A stretch of 16,144 nt of DNA, from contig DASPXO010000025.1 of the NCBI GenBank assembly GCA_035637235.1, forward strand, positions 1 to 16,144. Reading direction: 5' to 3'. Source of the DNA: Gemmatimonadales bacterium (GTDB lineage: Bacteria > Gemmatimonadota > Gemmatimonadetes > Gemmatimonadales > GWC2-71-9). Below are positions 6,295 through 13,281 of this stretch, one piece after another. Made by a program: the position numbers and the translations under genes. How positions within the stretch are numbered: the first letter of the stretch is position 1; the number at the start of each line of letters is the position of its first letter. The notes under the pieces are model-generated. The model did no database searches and had not been told where the DNA came from. It saw nothing but the letters and a program-made list of their open reading frames with translations.

Positions 6295-9200
6295 ATGACG
6301 CCGATCCGCTCCATCCGCTCCGTTGTTCGCGTGCTGTCAACCATCGCCGCCCTCTACGTCGTCGAGAGCTGTCGCGACTACCAAGGGCCCGGGTCGCCGA
6401 CCGGGGCGCCGGATCGGTCCGCGCCCGGCTTCGAAGTCTCCCCAGCGCCCCTCCCGGTGACGCTCGTGGGCGCGGGGAACATCGCTAGCTGCAAGAACAC
6501 CAACGACGACGCCACGGCTGCCCTTTTGGACGGGATCCCGGGGACCGTGTTCGCGCTCGGGGACAACGCCTACGACAACGGCACCCTCACCCAGTACAAC
6601 ACCTGCTACAACCCGAACTGGGGACGGCACAAGACCCGCACCCAGCCGGCGGTGGGCGACCGCGACTACAAGACCACCAACGCGGGCGGCTACTTCGGCT
6701 ACTTCGGCAGCGCCGCGGGCGATCCGACAAAGGGCTACTACAGCTACGAACTCGGCGCCTGGCACATCGTCGTGCTCAACAGCAACAGCTCCAAGGTCCC
6801 GACCGCCGCGGGCTCGGCCCAGGAGCAGTGGCTGCGCGCGGACCTCGCCGCCCATCCCGGGCGCTGCACCCTGGCCTACTGGCACCACCCCCGGTTCAGC
6901 TCCAAGGACAGCCCCAACAGCGCCATCACCCCGCTGTGGAACGCGCTCTATGCCGCCGGCGTGGACGTGGTGGTGAACGCCCACTACGCCTTCTACGAGC
7001 GGTTCGCGCCCCAGACCCCGGCCGGCGCCGCCGATGCGGCGTTTGGCATCCGGGAGTTCATCGCCGGTACGGGGGGCGGGGAAACCGGGTCGTTCGGCAC
7101 GGTCCGGGCGAACAGCGAGGTCCGGAGCAGCGGCACGCCGGGCGTGCTCAAGCTCACGCTCGACGCCGACGGCTACGCCTGGGAGTTCGTGCCGATCGCC
7201 GGCAAGACGTTCCGCGACTCGGGGACCGGCGGCTGCCATGGCGCGCCCCCGCTGTCCGTGAACGCCGGGGCCGATGTCACGGCCAGCCCGGGGGACACGG
7301 TGAAGCTCGCCGTCACGCTCACCGATCCCGCGAACGCCCCCCCGTGGACATACACGATCCTGTGGGGCGACGGCGGCTCGAGCAACGGAACCGCCCAATC
7401 CTCGCCGATCATCGCCTCGCACGTGTACTCGGCGCTGGGCCTCGACAGCGTACGCGTCGCCGTCACGAGCAACGTGGGAGGGTCCGGCTCGGACTCACTC
7501 GCCGTGCAGGTGGTCGTGCGGCCCACGTCGGTCGTCCTGGTAGGCGCCGGCGACATCGCCGACTGCACCAGGAACAGCGACTCTCTCACCGCGAACCTGC
7601 TCGACGGCATCCCGGGCACCGTGTTCACGGCGGGCGACAACGCTTACCCCGACGCCTCGAGCAGCGACTACACCAACTGCTACCACCCGACTTGGGGCCG
7701 GCACAAAGCCAGGACCCGACCGGTCCCGGGCAACCACGAGTACAGCACCTCCGGCGCCACACCGTATTACAGCTACTTCGGCGCGGCGGCCGGCGATCCC
7801 ACGAAAGGCTATTACAGCTACGACCTCGGCGATTGGCACATCATCGCCCTGAACTCGAACATCGCGTACGGTGCGGGGTCCGCCCAGGAGCAATGGCTGC
7901 GTGCCGACCTGGCGGCAAGCACGAAGCGCTGCACGCTCGCCTACCTGCATCATCCCCTCTTCAGCTCCGGCACTCTGGCCGCGGCCGGGACACAGGTCCT
8001 GTGGCAGGACCTGTACGTCGCCGGCGCCGAGATCGTGGTCGCCGGGCACGAGCACAACTACCAGCGCTTCGCTCCCGAGACCCCGACCGGCGTGGCCGAT
8101 CCGGTCTACGGTATTCGCGAATTCATCGCGGGGATGGGCGGCGCGGGCCATTTCAGCGTGGGAACAGCCCTGGCGAACACCGAGGTGCAGGAGGACCAGA
8201 CCTATGGGGTCCTCAAGCTGACGTTGTACGCCGCCCGCTACGACTGGGCGTTCGTCCCCGTCGCCGGCAAGACCTTCACGGACTCCGGCAACGAGACGTG
8301 CCATGATGCCCCGGGAGCCGTGAATCACGCGCCCATCGCCGCTGCCGGCGGACCCTACGCCGGCGTGGAGGGCGGCGCGGTCAGCTTCATCGGGAGCGGC
8401 TCCTCGGATCCCGACGGTGACGCGCTGACCTACGCCTGGAGCTTCGGCGACGGCGGCACCGGTAGCGGCGTCAACCCCAGTCACAGCTACGCCGACAACG
8501 GCAGCTACACCGTGACGCTGGCCGTCACCGACGCGCGCGGTGCGTCCAGCTCGGCGGCCACCATCACTGCGACGGTCGCCAATGCGGCGCCCTCGGTCAA
8601 CGCGGGAGCCAATCAGGCCATCGGTGTGGGCGCGAGCTACACGCTCGGCGCCGGCTTCAGCGATCCCGGCACCAACGACGCTCCCTGGGCGTACTCGATC
8701 GACTGGGGTGACGGCTCGTCGCCGACGACCGGGAGCACGACCAGTCAGTCGAGCGCCATCACGGCCACGCACCCATACCCTGCGGCGGGCAGCGACACCG
8801 TGCGCGTGACGGTCACCGACAAGGATGGCGCAACGGGCTCGGGACAGCTCACCGTGACGGTGAGCGACGCGAATCAGCCGCCCACCGCCACGGCCGGCGG
8901 TCCGTATGCCGGCACGGAGGGGACGGCGGTCAGCTTCGACGGTAGCGGCTCGTCGGACCCCGATGGGGACGCTTTGACCTACGCCTGGAGCTTCGGCGAC
9001 GGCGGCACGGGCAGCGGCGTGAAACCCAGCCACAGCTACGCCGACAACGGCGCCTATTCCGTGACGCTCACCGTCACCGACGCCCGCGGGGCGTCCGGCT
9101 CGGCGGCCACGACCACCGCCACGATCGGCAACGTGGCGCCCTCGGTCAACGCGGGCGTAAATCAGACCGTCACCGCGGGGACGAGCGTCACGCTCGATGC

Positions 9201-10212
9201 CGCCTTCAGCGATCCCGGCGCGAACGACGCGCCCTGGTCGTATTCGATCGACTGGGGCGACGGCTCGTCGCCGACGACCGGGGGCACGTCCACGCAGTCC
9301 AGCGCCATCACGGCCACGCATCCATACTCTGCGGCGGGCAGCAACATCGTGCGCGTCACGGTCACGGACAAGGATGGCGCAACCGGCTCGGGACAGCTCA
9401 CCGTGACCGTCACGCAGCCGGGGACGAGCGTCACGCTCGTCGGGGCCGGCGAGGTGACACGGTGCGACAACACGAAGGACGAGGCGACCGCGCTGCTGCT
9501 GGACGACATCCCTGGGACCGTCTTCACCACGGGCGACAACATCCGCGCCAGCGGGTCGCTGTCCGATTTCACCTCGTGCTACGATCCCTCGTGGGGCCGG
9601 CACAAGGCGAGGACGCGGCCGTCGCTCGGCGCGTATGAGTATCAGACCGCCGGCGCTGCGGGGTATTTCGACTACTTCGCGCTCGCCGGCGGAGAGCGGG
9701 ACAAGGGTTACTACACCTACGAGCTCGGCGACTGGCACATCGTCGTGCTGAACAGCAACATCGACATGACCGTCGGCTCCCCGCAGGAGCAATGGCTCCG
9801 CACCGACTTGGCGGCGAGCACGAAGCGCTGCACCCTGGCGTACTGGGCTCACCCCCGATTCAGCTCCTACTCGACGGCCGTGCGCTCGGGCGTCAAGCCG
9901 CTGTGGGATGACCTCTACGCCGCGGGCGCCGAGGTGGTGCTCAACGGGCACTACCGGCTGTACGAGCGGTTCGCCCCGCAGACCCCGGATGAAGTGGCCG
10001 ACCCGCAGAACGGCATCCGTCAATTCACCGTCGGAACGGGCGGGCATGGAGTCGATGCCTTCGGCACCACCCCCCGGCCGAACAGCGAAGTGCGGATCAG
10101 CGGCACGTACGGTGTGCTGCAGCTCACGCTGGGCGACGGCGTCTACTCCTGGCAGTTCGTCCCGGTGGCGGGCCAGACGGCGACCGACTCGGGAAGCGGG
10201 ACTTGCCACTAA
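6295..10212 (+). CDS. Secreted 1305-aa multidomain protein with three purple-acid-phosphatase-like metallophosphoesterase (MPE) domains, of which only the middle one is intact, interleaved with PKD and PKD-like domains
   Basis: ORF-track ORF with ATG 6295, N-terminal signal peptide (MTPIRSIRSVVRVLSTIAALYVVESC) and high GC3 throughout. MPE domain 2 (about nt 7528-8310) carries GDIAD, GDNAY, GNHEY, LHHP and GHEHNYQRF, i.e. the PAP motifs GDxxY / GNHE / xxH / GHxH. Domain 1 (about 6457-7255) reads GNIAS / GDNAY / GDRDY / WHHP / NAHYAFYERF. Domain 3 (about 9430-10209) reads GEVTR / GDNIR / GAYEY / WAHP / GHYRLYERF. Each domain ends F-VP-AGxT--DSG---CH. Between them are PKD domains (VSFxGSGSSDPDGDALTYAWSFGDGGTGSG...YTVTLxVTDARGAS) and PKD-like WGDG-containing domains. 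Confidence 0.9.
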   Translation: MTPIRSIRSVVRVLSTIAALYVVESCRDYQGPGSPTGAPDRSAPGFEVSPAPLPVTLVGAGNIASCKNTNDDATAALLDGIPGTVFALGDNAYDNGTLTQYNTCYNPNWGRHKTRTQPAVGDRDYKTTNAGGYFGYFGSAAGDPTKGYYSYELGAWHIVVLNSNSSKVPTAAGSAQEQWLRADLAAHPGRCTLAYWHHPRFSSKDSPNSAITPLWNALYAAGVDVVVNAHYAFYERFAPQTPAGAADAAFGIREFIAGTGGGETGSFGTVRANSEVRSSGTPGVLKLTLDADGYAWEFVPIAGKTFRDSGTGGCHGAPPLSVNAGADVTASPGDTVKLAVTLTDPANAPPWTYTILWGDGGSSNGTAQSSPIIASHVYSALGLDSVRVAVTSNVGGSGSDSLAVQVVVRPTSVVLVGAGDIADCTRNSDSLTANLLDGIPGTVFTAGDNAYPDASSSDYTNCYHPTWGRHKARTRPVPGNHEYSTSGATPYYSYFGAAAGDPTKGYYSYDLGDWHIIALNSNIAYGAGSAQEQWLRADLAASTKRCTLAYLHHPLFSSGTLAAAGTQVLWQDLYVAGAEIVVAGHEHNYQRFAPETPTGVADPVYGIREFIAGMGGAGHFSVGTALANTEVQEDQTYGVLKLTLYAARYDWAFVPVAGKTFTDSGNETCHDAPGAVNHAPIAAAGGPYAGVEGGAVSFIGSGSSDPDGDALTYAWSFGDGGTGSGVNPSHSYADNGSYTVTLAVTDARGASSSAATITATVANAAPSVNAGANQAIGVGASYTLGAGFSDPGTNDAPWAYSIDWGDGSSPTTGSTTSQSSAITATHPYPAAGSDTVRVTVTDKDGATGSGQLTVTVSDANQPPTATAGGPYAGTEGTAVSFDGSGSSDPDGDALTYAWSFGDGGTGSGVKPSHSYADNGAYSVTLTVTDARGASGSAATTTATIGNVAPSVNAGVNQTVTAGTSVTLDAAFSDPGANDAPWSYSIDWGDGSSPTTGGTSTQSSAITATHPYSAAGSNIVRVTVTDKDGATGSGQLTVTVTQPGTSVTLVGAGEVTRCDNTKDEATALLLDDIPGTVFTTGDNIRASGSLSDFTSCYDPSWGRHKARTRPSLGAYEYQTAGAAGYFDYFALAGGERDKGYYTYELGDWHIVVLNSNIDMTVGSPQEQWLRTDLAASTKRCTLAYWAHPRFSSYSTAVRSGVKPLWDDLYAAGAEVVLNGHYRLYERFAPQTPDEVADPQNGIRQFTVGTGGHGVDAFGTTPRPNSEVRISGTYGVLQLTLGDGVYSWQFVPVAGQTATDSGSGTCH
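8345..9420 (+). repeat. Intragenic tandem duplication, 2 x about 549 nt (183 codons), each unit encoding one PKD plus one PKD-like domain
   Basis: Unit A (from about 8345, gccggcggaccctacgccggcgtggag...) and unit B (from about 8894, gccggcggtccgtatgccggcacggag...) align along their full length at an estimated 85-90% nucleotide identity. The protein units are GGPYAGVEGGAVSFIGSGSSDPDGDALTYAWSFGDGGTGSGVNPSHSYADNGSYTVTL... and GGPYAGTEGTAVSFDGSGSSDPDGDALTYAWSFGDGGTGSGVKPSHSYADNGAYSVTL... Confidence 0.85.
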
Positions 10213-10215
10213 AGG

Positions 10216-10308
10216 CTAGGGGCTAAGGAGCTAAGGGGCTAAGGGGCTAAGGGCCATGGCTGGGTTCTAGCCCTGTCCCGAGCCCCTAGCCCCTAGCCCC
10301 TAGCCCCC
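10216..10308 (+). repeat. Palindromic minisatellite: (GGGGCTAA)-like x 4-5 on the + strand (10216-10253), a 29-nt spacer, then (CCCCTAGC) x 3 (10283-10308)
   Basis: Sequence ggctaggggctaaggagctaaggggctaaggggctaaggg ... cccctagcccctagcccctagccccc. The two arms are imperfectly complementary, giving a long hairpin or cruciform. Each arm also provides at least four G3-4 runs on one strand (left arm on +, right arm on -), i.e. G-quadruplex-capable tracts. It sits between the stop of the giant gene (10212) and the DSD1-like gene (10362). Confidence 0.7.
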
Positions 10309-10361
10309 AGTTACACTCCACGGGGTGTGAAGCCAGGAACCACGACGGCCAGGGACTTCCC

Positions 10362-11474
10362 GTGACCACGCGCGTCCAGGACCTCGAAACCCCAGCCCTG
10401 CTGCTCCACCTCGACGTCGTGCGGCGCAACGTGAAGCGCATGGCGGAGCGGGCGAAGCAGCTCGGCGTGAAGCTTCGGCCGCACGCCAAGACCCACAAGT
10501 GCGTCGAGCTGGGGCGGCTGCAGCTCGAGCACGGCGCGCATGGGCTCACCGTGGCGACGACCGTGGAAGCGGAGGTGTTCGCGCGCGCCGGGGTCCGGGA
10601 CATCACCTGGGCGTTCCCCGTGGATCCGGGTCACATCGCGCGCATGCGCCGCCTCGCCGACGCGACCGGCGCGCTCGTGCGGCTCGTGGTGGACGATCTG
10701 GGCACGGCCAAGGCGCTCGCCGGATCGGGGCTCCACGTCTGGCTCAAAGTGGACTGCGGCTATCACCGCGCCGGGGTCGACCCGACGTCGCCCTACGCCC
10801 TCGAGGTCGGGCGCGAGCTGGGGCGCGAGCGCGGACTCACGTTCGACGGCATCTTGAGCCACTCGGGCCACGCGTACCGCACGAAGACCAAGCAGGAAGC
10901 GGCGCAGGTCGCCGAGCAGGAACGCAGCGTCATGGTGGGCTTCGCCGAGCGAGTACGGAAAGAGGGCGTCCCGCTGCGCGAGATCAGCGTCGGCTCGACG
11001 CCCGCGATGGCGGCGGTGGAGCGCCTCGACGGCGTCACCGAGGCGCGCCCCGGGAACTACGTCTTCTACGACCGGACGATGGTGCTGATCGGCTGCTGCG
11101 CGCCGGAGGACGTCGGCGTGACCGTGCTCGCGTCGGTCGTGTCGCACCAGCCGGGCGCGGCGCACTTCATCGTGGACGCGGGGGCGCTCGCGCTGTCCAA
11201 GGACACGGGGCCGGGGCACGTCGGCCCGCCGGCGATGGGCGCGGTGCGGGGACACCCGGAGCTGACGATCGCGACGCTGTCGCAGGAGCACGGTCTCATC
11301 CGGGCCGAGTCGCCCGCGGCCATCGAGGGTCGGTTCACGGTGGGCGAGAAGGTCGAGATCGTTCCCAACCACTCGTGCCTGACGGTCGCGCATTTCGACG
11401 AGTACCACGTCGTGAGCGGGATGGACGACGGGGGACACGTCGTGGACCGCTGGAGGGTGGAGCGCGGACGATGA
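10362..11474 (+). CDS. PLP-dependent DSD1-family enzyme (D-serine dehydratase-like / D-threonine-aldolase-like; alanine-racemase-type fold)
   Basis: GTG start at 10362 (ORF track). The block LRPHAKTHKC contains the family PLP-lysine signature (PHxKTHKC). A C-terminal beta domain is present. 370 aa, high GC3. Confidence 0.88.
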   Translation: MTTRVQDLETPALLLHLDVVRRNVKRMAERAKQLGVKLRPHAKTHKCVELGRLQLEHGAHGLTVATTVEAEVFARAGVRDITWAFPVDPGHIARMRRLADATGALVRLVVDDLGTAKALAGSGLHVWLKVDCGYHRAGVDPTSPYALEVGRELGRERGLTFDGILSHSGHAYRTKTKQEAAQVAEQERSVMVGFAERVRKEGVPLREISVGSTPAMAAVERLDGVTEARPGNYVFYDRTMVLIGCCAPEDVGVTVLASVVSHQPGAAHFIVDAGALALSKDTGPGHVGPPAMGAVRGHPELTIATLSQEHGLIRAESPAAIEGRFTVGEKVEIVPNHSCLTVAHFDEYHVVSGMDDGGHVVDRWRVERGR

Positions 11475-11893
11475 GCGCACCGCTGCCATCGTTCCCACCG
11501 CCGCCTCCGGCGCTCGTGGCGCTGGCCTGGGCGGTCGTCGGCCCGCCGCTCCTCGTCCTTGCCGCGACCCGGGTGCGGCGGGGACAGATCCGGGTGCACA
11601 TGACCCTGATGCTGGTGAGCGTCGTCGTCGAGCTCGCGGTCGTCGTCGGGTTCTCTTTTCTGATGACGCCGAGCCCGCGTCGCGCGGCGCTCACGGCGCT
11701 GCCCTTCTTCAAGATTCACCTCGCGTTCGCGATCGCGACGCTCGCGGGGATCGCCTGGCAGCTCGTGAGCCGGACGGTGCCCAGGCTGCGCCCGCTGCAC
11801 CGGCACACCGGTCCTTACGTGGTGCTCGTGTGGTGCCTCGCGCTGTTGACGGGGATCTACAACTACGTCTTCCTCTACGTCATGAGCGGCTGA
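11471..11893 (+). CDS. DUF420 family membrane protein (CtaM/YozB-like)
   Basis: ATG 11471 overlaps the upstream stop (ATGA). The 140-aa protein has 4 TM helices and the conserved DUF420 blocks IRVHMTLMLVSV, FFKIHLAFAIATLAGIAW and LHRHTGPYVVLVWCLALLTGIYNYVFLYVM. It lies in the frame of ORF 10499..11893. Confidence 0.82.
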   Translation: MSAPLPSFPPPPPALVALAWAVVGPPLLVLAATRVRRGQIRVHMTLMLVSVVVELAVVVGFSFLMTPSPRRAALTALPFFKIHLAFAIATLAGIAWQLVSRTVPRLRPLHRHTGPYVVLVWCLALLTGIYNYVFLYVMSG

Positions 11894-12171
11894 TGAAAGT
11901 CTTTCTCCGCCATCTGTTCCTGGCCGCCCTGCCCCTCCTGTTCGGGCTCGGGGCGAGCTACGGCTTCGCGCTCAGCATGCAGTCCTGCGGCCGCCTGGTG
12001 GGCGCGGTGTTTGCGTCCAAGTGCCACGGGCGACAGCTCGAATACCAGCTGCTGTTCCAGACCGGCGGGACCGGCCTGGGTACGCTCTTCGCGGCCGTGC
12101 TGGGCGCCCGGCTGGAACATCGACGCCGCCGCGCCGTACAACGGCCTGAACCCACAGGAGGACATTCATGA
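11893..12171 (+). CDS. Small (92 aa) hypothetical membrane protein with a C-x11-CH motif
   Basis: ATG 11893 overlaps the DUF420 stop (TGATG). Sequence MKVFLRHLFLAALPLLFGLGASYGFALSMQSCGRLVGAVFASKCHGRQLEYQLLFQTGGTGLGTLFAAVLGA... begins with a hydrophobic N-terminus. The stop overlaps the next start (ATGA). This is the later part of ORF 11830..12171. Confidence 0.5.
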   Translation: MKVFLRHLFLAALPLLFGLGASYGFALSMQSCGRLVGAVFASKCHGRQLEYQLLFQTGGTGLGTLFAAVLGARLEHRRRRAVQRPEPTGGHS

Positions 12172-12587
12172 CACGGACCTGCGGCATCCTTCCGCTGGCG
12201 CTGCTGGCCGCGCGCGGTCTCGCCGCGCAGGACACCACCCAGGCGATGGCGATGCCGGCCGTCGAGGTCACCGAGGCGGTCGTGGCGAAGTCGCTGGTGG
12301 ACCGCCAACCGCAAGACACCGGGTCCGCGTTCCCGGCGGACGTGGGCCAGCTCATCTGCTGGACCAAAGTGAGCGGCGCGCCGGCGGAGACCGGGACGAC
12401 GCTTCACCACGTTTGGTTTCACGGCGACACCCAGGTCGGCGACGTCGAGCTGCACGTCGCGGGCTCGCCGTGGCGCACGTGGAGCCGCAAGACGGTCCCG
12501 CCGGACTGGACGGGCGCCTGGCACGTCGAGGTGAGAGATGGCTCAGGGACCGTGCTGAAGCGAATCGACTTCACGGTAGGGCAATAG
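12168..12587 (+). CDS. Secreted DUF2914-domain protein
   Basis: A strong SD aggagg lies 6 nt before ATG 12168. The signal peptide is MTRTCGILPLALLAARGLAAQD. The C-terminal domain ...ICWTKVSGAPAETGTTLHHVWFHGDTQVGDVELHVAGSPWRTWSRKTVPPDWTGAWHVEVRDGSGTVLKRIDFTV matches the conserved W-Y/F-H, SPRWRTWS-K and W-G-W-V-V pattern of DUF2914. Confidence 0.75.
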   Translation: MTRTCGILPLALLAARGLAAQDTTQAMAMPAVEVTEAVVAKSLVDRQPQDTGSAFPADVGQLICWTKVSGAPAETGTTLHHVWFHGDTQVGDVELHVAGSPWRTWSRKTVPPDWTGAWHVEVRDGSGTVLKRIDFTVGQ

Positions 12588-12602
12588 GACCGCGCCCCGG
12601 CC

Positions 12603-12656
12603 ACCCCGGGCTCGCACCCCGGGCTCGCGCCCGGGGTCAGTCGCCCGGGGTCAGTC
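12603..12656. terminator. Two tandem 13-mers ACCCCGGGCTCGC (12603-12628) followed by two tandem 14-mers GCCCGGGGTCAGTC (12629-12656) whose cores are reverse complements (ACCCCGGGC / GCCCGGGGT). This gives a 9-bp GC hairpin with a 4-nt loop, or a larger cruciform, at a convergent gene junction.
   Basis: Read directly from the sequence. It lies between the DUF2914 stop (12587) and the minus-strand gene stop (12651-12653) and overlaps the latter's last codons. No U-tracts; a bidirectional terminator role is only inferred from position. Confidence 0.4.
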
Positions 12657-13268
12657 GCGCGTTCTTCTTAGGGCCGGTCTGTGGAGCACCATCCACGCCG
12701 CCGCCGCCGCCGTCTTCTCGTCCGCCCGCCAAGGCCCACCGAGTGAGCGCCCGAAGCCAGCCACCGCGCGCTTCAAGTCCCCTGGCGACCGTCTCAGGAC
12801 CCTTGCCGCCTCGGTGTATGCCTCCCGTTCCACCACCACGGTGCACGGCAGCTCGAACGATCCGGCCGCGTCCGCGAGCACCACCCGGAACAGCTGCCCT
12901 TCGAGCGCGTGCGCACGGATGTGGTCATTCGCGATCCTGGCCGGGTCGATCGTGCTCCCCACGACGAGGCCGGCGGCGCGGACGTCGTGACCGGCGGTAC
13001 GGTATTCCCTGAGCAGCACGCCCACGGACCGACGGGTGACTCGCTCCACCACCTTCCGCAGGTGCTGCTCCAGCTTCGCACCGGCTGCCCGGGACGCCCC
13101 CATCACCGCATGGTACGGTTGGCGGGACGACGGCACCACCGGATCGCTCAGCTCGATGACCCGCCGATCCGCCACACGCGGCGCGCGCGCCGGGCCGACC
13201 AAAAGGACGGCGGTGGCCCAGCCCGACTTCACGCGGAATCCGATGGCGGCTCGAGTCCTCTGCGGCAC
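12651..13268 (-). CDS. Hypothetical protein (205 aa), no family recognised
   Basis: Minus-strand ORF with very high GC3, e.g. QLFRVVLADAAGSFELPCTVVVERE. It lies 13 nt downstream of the PP2C gene on the same strand. The GTG start at 13268 is not well supported (no SD). The last 2-3 codons overlap the palindromic repeat array at 12603-12656. Confidence 0.6.
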   Translation of the reverse strand: MPQRTRAAIGFRVKSGWATAVLLVGPARAPRVADRRVIELSDPVVPSSRQPYHAVMGASRAAGAKLEQHLRKVVERVTRRSVGVLLREYRTAGHDVRAAGLVVGSTIDPARIANDHIRAHALEGQLFRVVLADAAGSFELPCTVVVEREAYTEAARVLRRSPGDLKRAVAGFGRSLGGPWRADEKTAAAAAWMVLHRPALRRTRD

Positions 13269-13281
13269 GCGCCGGCGCCGG

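Noticed and set aside
6337-10209. ORFs 6337..7422 (-), 6828..8306 (+, 492 aa), 7173..7640 (-), 7495..10209 (-, 904 aa) and 9162..9572 (-) inside the giant gene
   Set aside because: These are shadow ORFs. The frame beginning 6295 has repeated PKD and metallophosphoesterase signatures throughout.
6295-10212. Diversity-generating retroelement target or other mobile-element cargo, suggested by near-identical internal repeats
   Set aside because: No reverse transcriptase, template repeat, integrase or transposase is present anywhere in the window. The repeats are explained by in-frame tandem duplication.
10216-10308. Possible CRISPR array (short direct repeats)
   Set aside because: The units are 8 nt with no spacers and are arranged as a palindrome. 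There is no cas gene in the window, so this is a minisatellite or hairpin, not CRISPR.
10311-11893. ORFs 10311..11498 (-, 395 aa) and 10499..11893 (+, 464 aa)
   Set aside because: They are antisense or off-frame to the DSD1-like and DUF420 genes. The real DUF420 gene is the 3' part of the 10499 frame, starting at ATG 11471.
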